This document shows, one piece after another, positions 7,921 through 20,360 of a stretch of DNA of 40,031 bases. Numbering within the stretch: position 1 is the first letter of the stretch; every line of letters starts with the position of its first letter. The stretch spans positions 1-40,031 of the forward strand of contig NW_005434414.1 of assembly GCF_000315625.1 (NCBI RefSeq), read 5' to 3'. A program made the translations under genes and the position numbers. The notes beneath the pieces were generated by a model, which saw only the letters and a program-made list of their open reading frames with translations, had not been told where the DNA came from and ran no database searches. The stretch is from Guillardia theta CCMP2712. Its lineage: Eukaryota > Protista > Cryptophyta.

Positions 7921-8560
7921 GTCCGATCTCTTCGAATTTCTTCTTCAACTTCTCTTCATGGTCGACATACACCGAGGAGATGCCCAGGAGAGTCATGGAG
8001 ATGAAGGAAGTCACCTCGTTGCCTGCTGAGGCGGTGTATGTCTCGACCTTGGCCTCCTCCATCTGCTGCATAAACCACTCTCTGGATGCGCCACTCCATC
8101 CAGTCATTGCTTCTTGGCGTCGGGGGTGCATCCCTCCACAGCCTTGCAAGCCTGGGCTGTCCTACTGTTAGGATAACGCTTCGCGAAGCTCTTCACCCTC
8201 TCGACCAGATCAGCTTCGAGGACCGAGGCATCCACAAGCTCGCCCTGTGCGTGTATTGGCATGATCTACGATACAGCAGGTTGCGAACACTCTCATCATA
8301 CTGAAGAACCATACTTAGAAAGCTGTTTGTTGAACTATACCAAACCCTTGCTCGCAGCTTCCTTCGCGCCCTGGCGGCTTCCCCTACACCTGGCGCGCAG
8401 CCATGTGCCCGAAATACCCGGCGCTGCAACCCTAAGGCCCGCCAAGGTAACAGTGCAGCAGGCAAGGACCTGGATGTCGCAGTAGAAGTTGTGGGTTCTG
8501 GTTGATGAAGCGATTCCGAGGGAGGAGAAGAAAGAATTCTCCGTAATGCGGGTTTTCATT
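7921..8560 (-). pseudogene. decayed, 3'-truncated copy of the ORF1 N-terminus
   Basis: Highly similar to 6543-7085 but with frameshifts and deletions (about 52 bp and 9 bp). It extends further 5', with a possible ATG at 8559. Confidence 0.88.
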
Positions 8561-8699
8561 GCATCATTTTAGGAATTGACACTCTGGTGATGAATTGCAA
8601 ATGAAGCTACGCGACAGACAGCCGAGTCAAAAACAAGCAGTCCATCATCTGCGTCACCCATCGAGCCCTCCCTCCGATGATGCTACGATCAGCGAAGCA

Positions 8700-10917
8700 G
8701 AGAATTCTTTTTAAGCGACTGTTTGGGGAGGCGGTAGGATCTCATTGTTGCTCGACCACGTGAACCCATGGTTATCAGTGCTTTCTTGGGAGGAGTGAAC
8801 GTCGAAAGCTTACACCATGTGTTGGCCTGGCTTTTATGCGATGCGCTCAGAAAGCATGGAGTTTGTCAAGGAAACACTGCCATCGGTGTTGAATAGAGAG
8901 ATCTTGCTGAGGCGTCGGTACATGTTCTCCAGCTTTGCCTTCTCCTCCTTTGAACATCATCGGTATCACCAACTTCAAATCAGCATTTTCACGACTTACA
9001 ACCAACACTGAATGGATCCGCATTCTTGCCTGTTCCTTAGGTCACGTCTCGCCTCGTTTCTCGCCACTTGACTCACCATACGCATCGCCATCACTCGTCT
9101 CTCCATATTCTTCTCACTGAGTCAGCTCCTCATGCTTGTCTGGCCACAATGATTCACCTGCAGATTCGTATCGCCTGCCTTCACGCCGTTCCCCACCTCA
9201 TCTGGAGCATTGACATCAAAGGAGCTGCTATCAGAAGGGTTCAGCACCTTGCTCCAACTCGAGGAAGACAAGCATCTCTTTCGCATCGGCGGGCCTCAGC
9301 AGCGGATCCTTATTGACGATGAGCCAAGTACTTGTGCTAGGAAGTGCCTCACCTTTGCAAGAGCTCTCTTGTAAAGGAATGAGGTACTCCGCGAGATTGG
9401 TGGGCCTGAGCGAGGTCACAACATCAGAGTCAGCCCCCTTCTCTCTTACTTTGTTCGAGCGTAAGATCCCGAGGCTCTCCTGCTTTGATCCCTTGTGCCT
9501 TCCGTTAATCCAAGTGGAGCAGCGCATGCCAATGAATACAGTGTATCATGTCTTCCATCTTCTCACTGATTTCAAAGGGAAATTCCCCTGCGAGCAGGGG
9601 TCAACATGTCAAAGGCGGGAAAAGAACAACCTGACAACATGTGATATAGAAGAATTCCAACAGCCCAGATATCGATGGCTGTCATATGACATCCAGTTAA
9701 GCAAACAAGACAGGCAAACACAACAACGACCAGTGGAAGCATGCTTTCCCTCCAGCAATTGTTCAGGAGCGAGGTATGCTGCGTCTTGATGCTTTAGGGT
9801 TTCATGAGCTACTTCAAGCATTCTCAGCAGTCATCGACCTTCGATCTTCTTGCAATTCCTTGGAATGATCATCAGCTCGAACATACAAAGGAAAAGAGAC
9901 ATTACGTTCGCCAACTCCATGTGTAAAAGAGAAATTGATGAGCTGTGCAGAAATAAAACTCTGAATCCTCAACACATACAGTGATATCTTACTTTGACAA
10001 ATGGTGCCATCTTTGCAATCATGATGTTGGAGGGATTGATACCGCAGTGCACAATCGCTAGCACGCTGATTTAGAGAAGAAAAAAGATGTATGAAATCAA
10101 CACCTCGCGCATGTAGAGCAGAAAGACCCTTTAGCACTCCTCGTATGATAGCTACCGCCTCCTGTCACATGAATCATGAGGCAAGCAACCGTCAGGATAA
10201 ACCCGATGGAGGAACTTACATCTTCCGAGAAACGCGTGTGGATCTTCAGCAAAGCGTCCAAGTCACTACACAGCACTTTCAAACTAAAAAGCTGAGCGCT
10301 TCCTCCTCTGAGAATGCTTCACACCTTCCTTGGATCGCTTCCATCCTCACATAGGTTATGCCCTCGGCAATGGAGTGCATTTCGAAACATCTGCGCACAC
10401 AAGTCAGTAGGAACAAAGGCGATCAAGATCAGTACTGAGCGACGTTGGGATGCTCTAGTTGACCCATGGCCAGATGCCTTTCGAGGAAAGTTTGATGCTC
10501 GCTTAGAGGCACCTCTCTGAAAACATCTCACTCTTCAAAATAAATAGAAGCAATGACGGCACTTGGGAACAATCTTCAATACAACAGAAGCTCGATCACT
10601 TGAACTCTGGAAAACACTCAGTTTCTCATTCTCTAAAGTTCATTCGTCACATGTGCAAGGATCAGAAAGCGACTCTTCGTTCTCTTTATGTTTCTCAGCC
10701 ATGAAAGATTCGTGTCAATCGTCCTTAAAACATCAATTGCCTGTAAATTGAATGATTCATTTGCATTGAAACTTTTCTCAGCTGATCATCTCTGTACACC
10801 CTCTGACCCTCCCTCATCCGCTCCTCAGCTTCTTCTCCCTCTTCGCTTGATCCTCCTCTCATGTTCGTCTCTTACGTCGTTTCGGTCGCGCTTGTCGGCC
10901 ACATTGGCATCCACCAT
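8700..10917 (-). CDS. multi-exon protein kinase-like gene, predicted pseudokinase (3' end approximate)
   Basis: Joined exons give VVLKIVP, DLDALLKIHTRFSEDEAVAIIRGVLKGLSALHAR, IVHCGINPSNIM, VKLINFSF, YLAPEQLL and AIDIWAVGILLYHMLSG. Confidence 0.8.
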
Positions 10918-11008
10918 GCCGTTCGGGTCAGCCCTTTAGTCAAGTTGACCCCGACGATAGCTGATTTCAATCGATTTGATACTTGACAAAGTCTGCACTT
11001 TCACAAAG

Positions 11009-14000
11009 ATGCATCGGAGGGGTGAGTGACGAAGAGGAGGAGGAAGGAGAGGAGGTGGAGAAAGTCAAGAGAGAGAGAGAGGAGGAGAGAGGAGAGAGGA
11101 GAGAGGAGAGGGAGAGAGGAGAGGGAGAGAGAGAGAGAGGAGGAGGAGGAGGAGAGAGAGAGGGAGACAAGAGAGAGAGAGAGGAGGAGGAGGAGGGAGA
11201 GGAGGAGGAGGGAGAGAAGGAGGAGGGAGAGAAGGAAGAGGAGGGGGTGTGGGAGGGAGGAGAGGGAGACGAGGGAGAGGGAGACGAGGGCGATCACGGC
11301 TGTGAGGATGAGCACTATGACGATGAGTGATATGAGAGCAATGGAGGAGGAGGATGAGAGGGGAAGAGATAAGAAACAGGGGGTGAAGCAAGAGTTCGCT
11401 TGTGGACTAATTGTTCAGATGGATCAAGCACTTGATAAGCATGTGCTTGTGCTTGATGAGTCTGGTAGACTCAAAGCAAAAGAGCTTTGCGGATCTCGGC
11501 TATGAAGGAGTTGATCTGTCCAACCAGGGAAGGTAAACTGCTTCAGAAGATCAGTGTACCCATGCATGATCCTGCTGCAGGTTTGACGAAGCACTCATGC
11601 TCTTCTTAGAGATGGAACGCATGCAGCCACTGGATGCAGAGGTCAGTGAAGGTTGTGAGATAAATGAGAGGACAGTGAAGGTTGTGAGATAAATGAGAGG
11701 ACAGTGGAGGATACGAGTGGGGCTAGTAGGATAGTAGAGGATACGAGTGGGGCTAGTAGGATAGTAGAGGATACGAGTGGGGCTAGTAGGATAGTAGAGG
11801 ATACGAGTGGGGCTAGTAGGATAGCGGAGGATACGAGTGGGGCTAGTAGGATAGTAGAGGATACGAGTGGGGCTAGTAGGATAGTAGAGGATACGAGTGG
11901 GGCTAGTAGGATAGTAGAGGATACGAGTGGGGCTAGTAGGATAGCGGAGGATACGAGTGGGGCTAGTAGGATAGCGGAGGATACGAGTGGGGCTAGTAGG
12001 ATAGCGGAGGATATTAACTTGGGGTCAGAACCTTGTAAACATCGCGATCTGCCTGGAGAATCTCAACCGGCTGGATGAAGTGGAAAGATACTTGCAGAAG
12101 TGATGGATGCCGTCCTCCACCTGCTCCTGCTCCCTTGACTGCTTCCCAGGGCTACCAAAATCGAGCCGAAGCGCGAAGACGCCTGGAGCATGCTGGGGCA
12201 AGTGTTTGTCAGGAGAGGGCAGGCAAGGAGCTTTGAGGGGCATGGCATGCAGACTGACGGCTAGGATGCAAGATCGACTCTGCTCTGGTAGCCTACAGCA
12301 AGGCTATCAAGTTGCACCCCAAGGCAGACATGCTTTACTTGTAAGAGGGAAGGTTGGAGGAAGAGAGATGCTCTTGGGAAGCGAAGAAGAGCAAACGTGG
12401 GAGGATGGGAGAAAGAAGATGAGACAATAGGATGAGACAATAGAAGAGAGAGATCATGGAAGAAAATCGAAGGTCGGAGGCTAACTAGCTAAAATGACTT
12501 GGATATCTACAGTGCGCGTGGCAATGCTCATCAAGCAAGGGGAGATCACTACAGCGCTTCTGCGTATGTTGCGGGCTGCTCTGATCCCTGCCTTGACTCG
12601 CTTCCGGCAGAGATTTCTTGCAGGCGACCAAGATTCAAGACTCCAACTATCAGGTGCTTGGTACAGTAGCACTTGTGTTGACGGAGGCAGCTATGAGGAG
12701 GAGGAAGAGCAAGAGGAGAAGAAGGAGGAGGAGAAGGAGGAGAGCCTGAGTCTCTTATCTCGTTCCCTGCAGGCGTGGAACAACCTTGGCAGCGCGTACA
12801 TGAGTTTATCCCAGAACGAGGAGGCGATCCAAGCTTTGCGGAAGACGCTGACGTTCATCCCAACCCATCCTATCCCTCTCACAAACCTCGTCATCACTGA
12901 GAACAGAGTCTGCGAGTGGAGCCGCAAGTACAAGCATAACAAGTGAGATGATACCTTAGGCTTTGATCTGCTCGAAGTGTTTGCGATGTGCTAGAAGATG
13001 AGTTGTGAGGCTGGGATAATCTTCAGAACGTCATCTCATATTGTTTCTCCTCAGGCTTCTCCGGAAAGCTCTCCATGAGCAGCTGGCTCAGCGACGCTCT
13101 TTGGTTGTTCCCTTCCATGCCTTGTGAGCTCTTCCTCCTCTCGCGTACTCCAGCTGACATGGTGCTGCAGCGAGTTCAATTTCAGCTCAGACGAGCACAA
13201 GAGGAACGCTCAGATGTGGTCGAGGACCGTGGAAGAAAAAGTAGAGCAGAAGCAAGTCCAAGTGAGGCCGTTGACTTGCAACAGGTTGCATACCTCAACC
13301 GCTTTGAACCGGGAGGTTCGAAACTGGCAGGGAAAGGTAGCAGATTGAGAATAGGTTACTTGTCGGGATCCGGTGAGCCGCTCAGTCAAAACCCGGCATC
13401 AATGCTTTCCTTTTTGAACTTGTCTTCCCTCTACTTGTTTCTTATGCCTTTGCACGGCTTATCTTGTTCTGAATCTTTTCTCTCCTCTTTCTCCTTAGGC
13501 CTCTTCTCTTCCTGTTTCTCTACCTTCATCTCCTTGAGCTTGACTTGACTTCTTTAGCTTGACTTGACTTCTTGGGCTTGAGTTGACTTTTCCTCCGCCC
13601 AGGGTTTCACAACTCCACCACCACCGCTCGGAGCATGAGGAGTCAATTCTCAATGCACAATCGGTAGGAGGAGCCGCCGATAATAAAGTCGATTGAGAGG
13701 AGTGCAGCATGTCGGTAGACGTCTACTGCTACGCTGCTCAGGGCGATGATGGTTCGCCTGTTCGCGCTGCGATCAAGCGAGGATGCGACAAGTAGGCGGA
13801 GAGAGCAACAGGTCCTTGATTCCTGACTGAATCCTTCCATGCAGGTTCGTGGAGCTTCAGGGGAAGAGCCATCAAATGGTTCACATTTTTCTCCTCCCCT
13901 CTCTTTCCTCGCGTTCATCTTTTCTACCCTGCCTGCCCACCATACCATCCAACCCACTTCTTGCTTTCTCTTTATGTCATTCTTATCTTTACTCCTTTTC

Positions 14001-14835
14001 AAGTCAATCTTATCTTTACTGCTCTTCAAGTCATTCTTATCTTTACTGCTTTTCAAGTCATGCTTATCTTCACTTCACTTGTTTCTGCCCTTCACTTGCT
14101 CAACCCTCGCTCACCAACAGAGCAGATGGCAGAGAGAATAAGAGATGACAACATCAACGTTCTTATCGACCTCACTGGCTACACTATGAACATGCAGACT
14201 GAGGTGTTCGCTATCGGTCCTTCTCCAATTCAGGTCCTGCAAAATTTCTCCTCCCATTTCTTTCCTTTTGTTCCATTCTCGCTTTGCCTATTGCCCTGTG
14301 CTAGGGAGGATGCATCCTCCTCCTTCAACTTTCTTTCTCCTCCTCCCTTCTTCCTTCTTCATCAGAACTGCTCAAAACCCCCTCAGGTATCTTTCCATGG
14401 CTTCCCAGGCACTATGGGCGCGGGTTATATCGACTACTTGACATCTGACCCCTTCACAACTCCTCCTGTAAGGTTTTCTCCTTCACTCCCAAGGATCTTT
14501 TGAATTTCTCCATCGCCCTCCCTGTGTCTTGTAGATGTCTCTTGCCCTCCTCGTTACATCTGATACCTGTTACATTGGTAGGACTATGCCGAACATTACA
14601 CTGAGCGACTCGTCCTCCTCCCCAACACCTACCTCACAAACGATCACCGGCAGAGCCGCCGAGAGGTCACAAAGAGGAAGGAGAGGGGGAGGAAGGGGAT
14701 CTGCTGCTGCTGCTGCTGCTGCTGCTTCATCGAATTCAGATTGACGTATCCTCCAGGTCTACCTGACAGGCGATGATCCCATTCATGGACCCAAGGTGTG
14801 AGGAGCTGCTGGAGATGAAGATGGAGCTGATGGAA

Positions 14836-14866
<31 letters not shown>

Positions 14867-16999
14867 CAATGACGATGATGGAGACGATGATGGAGACGAT
14901 GATGGTGGAGATGGAGATTGAGATGATGATGGAGATGATGATGGAGATGATGATGGAGGTCGTGATGATGAATATCCTCTCAAAGAATGAGAAAGTGCGG
15001 AGGATCACGTCTGATGATGAACAGCCCACCAGGAGAGAGCTAGGTTTCGACGACGATGACATCATTCTCGCATGTTTCAATCAGGTCAACGCTCATGCTG
15101 TTGTCGTTTGTCCTGACAATCGAACTCAAATCATGCCATTACAGCTTTACAAGATAGAGCCGGAGGTCTTCGATGTGTGGATGAAAATTTTGAAACGAGT
15201 CCCCAGGCAATGCCTTCATCCTAGTCCTCCTCCTCTATTTCTCCTCTCCTCTTACTTCCCTAGCCCTCCTCCTCTATTCCTCCTCTCCTCTTACTTCATC
15301 CTAGCCCTCCTCCTCTATCCCCCTCTCATGGACCTCCTCTAGCCTTCATCCTTGGATTGCTCCAGTGCAATCTATTCATCTCCTTGCTCTTACTTTCTCT
15401 CCAGCGCCAAGTTGTGGTTCCTAGAGTTTACCAAGCAGGGAGTTGCGAACCTCAAAAAATCTGCTCAGGTTTGAAACAGAAGCTTTCCTTCCTATCAAAT
15501 TGAACATCCTCCACACACTCCATCTCCTCCTCTTCCTCTTCTTTCTCCCCCTTCTTGCTTCCTCTCCCACTCAATCCGCCACTTCATCCATTTTCTTCGT
15601 TCCTACTCCATCCTTGCCCTTCTCCTTTTCTTCTGGGAGTTTCTCCTCCTTGTTGTTTTCTCTTCCTCCTCTCTCAATCTCTTTGTTTCTTAGAAGCGAG
15701 GAGTGGACCCATCGCGCATCGTCAGTCACGAGCAGTTTCCTCGGTGAGAGCAGGAGGGGGAGATGATGACGATGATTTTTGCGCCTGCAGGGAGAGAGAA
15801 TTTCGAGTGAAGGGACTGGCTGATGTTTTCTTGGACACTCCTCTCTTCAACGCACACACTACTGCCGGTACCATCCTCTTCATCCCTCCAGCATTCCTCC
15901 TCATGCTCTTGCTGTCCTTTCCTTTCCCACCTATCCTTCCTTGATCGCTCTCTCCTCTCTCCTCTCTCCTCTCTCTGCGTCTCTTTCCTCTTCTTCTTGT
16001 TCTGCTCTCCGTCTATTGATCTTGCTCCCATGGCAGGCGACGTTCTGTGGAGCGGAGTTCCCATCCTGACACTACCAGGTAAACCAAGAGGGACGGGAGG
16101 CTCGAAATATCAAGACAAAGTTGAGAAGGAAAGAGGAGGAATCAGTCAGTCAGACAGTCAGTCAGACAGTCAGTCAGGCAGGCAGGCAGGCAGGCAGGCA
16201 GGCACAAGAGGAGGGCAGGAGAGTTTGGCTGGTAATGACGCGAGGAGCAGGAGAGAGTTTTGTACAGAGAGTCGCATCGGGGATGGTGAAGTCAGCAGGA
16301 ATGCAATGGATGGTCACGAGAAATCTCCTTGACTATGAAGAGCTTGCGGTCAGACTCGACCCTTTCCTCCCCTTCCTGCACTACCACCTCGTCATTGTCC
16401 TATTCCTCACCTTCCTTTGCATTCTCCTCCTCCTCCTCCTCCTCCTCCCACTTCCCTCACCCCCCCTTCTCTTTAATTTGCTTCCTCAGCGTCTTCAGGT
16501 TGTCCGTCCTATCGTATTGAGTCTTTTTGTGCAGGTTGCCCTGATACAGCGGAAGGAGCGGGCGAAGAGCATCAAGGGAAGGTGAAGGGAAGGGAAGAGA
16601 TGCGGGAAGTTGAAGTTGAAGCAGACTAGAGGATACAAGAGATGAACTTCCTCTCTTCGACACTCAACTGCTTACTGTAATGTTGACTTTGTCTCCTGCT
16701 CCTTCTCCTGCTCCTTCTCCTTCCCCTCCTTTTCCTCCTTCTCCTCTTGCCCCTGACATGGCGCAGGAGGAGTTTGAACGAGGACTCCTGATGACCTGGG
16801 AAGTCCATGAGGCGATAGGAGCTGCTTACAATATCGGTACAGCAGCTGGGGGAGGGCTGGAGGGAGGTTGTGCGGGGAAGGGAAAGGGGAGAGGGGGGGA
16901 GGAGGGGCGAAAGATGTGCGTGTAGCTGAGATGGTTTCAGTGGTTAGCAGGTTGGGTGCAGATCGCAACATATTCCCTGATGGCAAGGTCGCATCCTAG
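11009..16999 (+). CDS. TPR-containing O-GlcNAc transferase-like glycosyltransferase (GT41, OGT/SEC type), multi-exon; start uncertain (11009 or ~11420)
   Basis: TPR AWNNLGSAY. Catalytic-region motifs [105 protein letters not shown] and LPLFDT. Confidence 0.9.
11030..11290. repeat. GA-rich low-complexity tract (likely intronic)
   Basis: Mosaic of gagag and gag repeats. Confidence 0.9.
11644..12013. repeat. intronic minisatellite: 2x 29-bp unit followed by ~10x 30-bp unit
   Basis: cagtgaaggttgtgagataaatgagagga x2, then gaggatacgagtggggctagtaggatag(ta/cg) x~10. Confidence 0.95.
14816..14970. repeat. (ATG/GAT)n microsatellite, probably intronic
   Basis: gatgatgatg and gatggag runs; these generate the spurious poly-Met ORF. 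Confidence 0.85.
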
Positions 17000-17012
17000 A
17001 CGAGTGAGGTAT

Positions 17013-17125
17013 GGAAAAGAAGGAACGAAAACTTGAAAAGAAGGATCGAAAACTTGCATCGAAAACTTGAAAAGAAGGATCGAAAACTTGCAACGAAAAC
17101 TTGGAAAAGAAGGATCGAAAACTTG
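17013..17125. repeat. short tandem repeats downstream of the GT41 gene
   Basis: gaaaagaaggatcgaaaacttg-like unit x4 with interspersed cgaaaacttg. Confidence 0.8.
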
Positions 17126-17566
17126 GTTATGATGAGTAGCCGGGTGTCATTCAGTCTCTCAATAAAGTAGAATCCTCACAGAACGATGATTGCAGTCGCC
17201 ATATCAATGTACTTCGAGACATGCCGTTTGCGGAATCTTTGATCAATCGTTTGGCTGCGGAAGCGAAGGAGGATGACTAGGGAAACTACACGAGGCCTCA
17301 CAATGAAGGACTCAATGCACGGTACTGCGATGAAGTTCTGAAGCAGAAGAAGATCTAAAGCAAGATACAACAGGGAGAGATTCCTGCAAAGTAGCTGAGG
17401 CGTGGAGAAGGAGATTACAGCATCTTGCAGACGACCTTGATGGCCATCTTGAAGGAACATCGCAAGGAAACAAGACAGTTGAAGTGACAAGTGTTACAAG
17501 TTTCAATCTCAGCAAGACTTTCATCAATCACTATGAGAGTCTCTCGATTCGAATACGTATCTTTTG

Positions 17567-20118
17567 TCATCCCTTCTTGCCAGCGTTCCCCATAGCTCGT
17601 ACGCAGAACTGAGCTGTCTGTGTCTTCGCCTCCTTCTGCTTCTCTGAGACAAGGAGGGTCAGTCGGGTGGCCGCCTGGTTCTCCGGCTCGATCTCTAAGA
17701 TGCTCCTGCAGTCCCGTTCCGCCTCCTCGTAGTGACCCAGCTCCAGGTTCGCTTGCGCTCGCCTGAATTTCGCCTTGATCATGTTCGTTCGAATCGCAAG
17801 CGCTTGACTGCAGTACGCGATAGTTTCGTTGTACTTGGCCCGCTTGTAGCACACGGTTGCTCTATTCGTCAGCAGTAGAGCCCTTTCGTCCCCCACTATC
17901 CGCCGATGCTCCCTCGAGCCGTCACCCTCCTCGCACAGCAGGAGGTCAAAGGCGCTTTCATAGAAGCTGTCAGCTTTCTCGTACTCGCCCGACGTGAAGA
18001 ATTCGTTTCCTCGCTCTCGGCGTATCTTGACGTGGCGCATCAGGTCCTCGAACTCCATGCTCCACGACGGTTTGACGTTGAAGATTTGACACTCCCACAA
18101 GATGTGCTCTGACTGCCCGAGCTCAGGCAGCAGAGGCTTCAGACTAGGACCGACGCTCCTCGCTATCTCACCGGAGATATCGATCACAGCGTGCTGCCCC
18201 TCCTTGAGATGTACCAGCGCGTCCTCGATGTACCCGCCCAAATCTCCGTCTCCAATTATGACGGTGAAGTTTCGAGCAGGCATGAAGACGTGACCTGCAG
18301 ACGTTGATCCCTGCCAAGCACGTCAGCTCTTGTCAACGCTCGCCAACTCCCTAAGAGACTCACATGTAGCACGAGTGTGACGATGGACAGGTCTTGTATA
18401 TGCGTGAGAAATGACAGAGGAGCTCCGATGATCTTGAGGTTCACTGCCCCTAACTTGTCGCTCTGAAAGAGTTCAAGCTTGACATCCCAGTCGACAAGCT
18501 CGACGTAAAACTCCAACTCGTCATATGGGAGGTCTGGATAGGCCAGGTTGAAATACTCCCTTTGTACGGTAATCCTTGTAAAGAGTAAGGCTGGAATGCG
18601 GGGAGATATCATGGAGAAGAGACAAACCTTGAGATCGATCCCTTGACGAGCTCTTTGCCAATAGCTAGCGCAATGCCGTGAGGTAGTCTGCCCGACAGCT
18701 CTTTGTAGTCGTGACGAGTCCCCGTGTGATTCAAAAGATATTCCTTGAATTCGTCCGGGCAACGACTCTGACATCAAGGGGATCAATAGCATGAAAGAGT
18801 GTCATAAGAGCTACGTCGCGAATCCTCTGATCAGCCAGCTTTTCCTCGGGACTCTGAAAGTTGTCTTGATCTGCGACAAGTTTGACTGTTGTCATGATCC
18901 CACCGGCATTGCTTGCAGACCTTGTAAGTCATTTTTGTAAATCTCATTGTTGGAATCGGGGAAGGAGCTCCGAAGGATAGTGAACGTCTCTTCATTGAGA
19001 GATTTGAACAGCATCCTCCCCTTGCAATCTTTGATCACATTCGCAATATTTGTGAGCAGCTGACCTGATGTACGACGATGTATGTTAACCTGACATCAAC
19101 TTCATCCCCCAGATTTGTGCTGAAGGGAGTTTTCCAGTTGACACTCGCATCGAAACTCGAATGCCGCGCTTCCCTGTTGAGCAGTGAGCATACAGACTGC
19201 ACAGCAAAAGAGCTGAGCTCACGGTGAAGTCGGGACAACTGTTCCATTTGCAAGGACCTGAACAACGTTTCATCTTGAGAGCCAACAGCATTCTGATCGC
19301 AATACATCGGGCCACTGAGTTATGTATGAGAGAAGTATGCTTCCTTTGCCATTCTTCAAGATGTCTTCTCCTCCGAACCGTAGCAGCTCTATCTCCTGTC
19401 AAGGAAACAGTCGACCGAGCACCACAATCAGCGAGCTTACCAATGTCACTGTCGCATTCGGCGGCACCAGCCCGTCTTGAGCTGGACATGAACGAGTCAG
19501 ACATGATGCGGAAGCCAAGAGTACTTGCATCCTCTGGTTCCAAAAGCGCAGCCATGTTCCGCCTAGAACAGGTACAGTCATCCCACACCCACTTCCTGGT
19601 TCGAGGCTGCAGTCACACCTTGACCAGGACCCTGTCTCCGCAGCGCATCCGCTTCAATGCAGACTCGATAGCTTTGATCTGTGAGGGCAAGATGAGACGA
19701 CTGCTCGCACACCATTTCACTGTACATGACATCCATGTGTGCGACCTCTTTCGTCCACCATTGCAGTTGCAGGATTGCCTCCGAAGGTGTTGTTGAACAC
19801 ACGCTTCCCTTCTGTGAGGTATCCCTTGTAGTTGTAGAAGACCACACAGGGGGTGGAAGGCAATGGCAAGCCTGTACCTCTCTTGACGTACTTCATCTGC
19901 TGCTCTCAAGATAAGGCCTACTAGTCAACTTGCACGGGTGGGTTCCTTACCATCCGTGGGGGTCCTGAGGGTACCGAGCTGCCGCCTCGTAACCGGATGG
20001 CATGAGAGGGCAGGGTAAGGAGGGGAGGAGGGGAGGGAGCCACGAGGTGTGAGAGGTGGGATGGACAAGCAAGACATGCGAGCAGCACGTGGACGATCAT
20101 CCAACTTCTCCTCCCCAT
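17567..20118 (-). CDS. multi-FKBP-domain plus TPR immunophilin-like protein with N-terminal signal peptide, multi-exon
   Basis: FKBP-like segments IESALKRMRCGDRVLVKV, DELEFYVELVDWD and FTVIIGDGDLGGYIEDALVHLKEGQHAVIDI. TPRs GNEFFTSGEYEKADSFY, LLTNRATVCYK and KAKFRRAQANLELG. Hydrophobic N-terminus. Confidence 0.8.
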
Positions 20119-20360
20119 CCTCGAAGCGACTGCTCAGGTCCCCCTGAGCATTCCCAGAACCCTCGGCGTATGTGGACATATGAGTAAACTTTCTGGTACA
20201 AAACCACAAGTGCCGCCGGGCGGCCCGGTCCATCAGTGGGATCTGGTCACGTCGCCGGGCCGCCGAGCGTGACCACATGTAGTGTAAAAGCACCGCGACA
20301 GCTCTACAGTACGGAGGCTCATGCTGGGCCGCTGGGCAGCAGAACCGACTTGGCAGTGCG

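Noticed and set aside
8428-9802. Single telomere-like words at ~8428 and ~9793
   Set aside because: Isolated 8-10 bp matches expected by chance, with no junction features.
11704-12013. 30-bp repeats as a CRISPR array or repeat protein (EDTSGASRIV)
   Set aside because: Head-to-tail units with no unique spacers, inside an intron of a eukaryotic gene.
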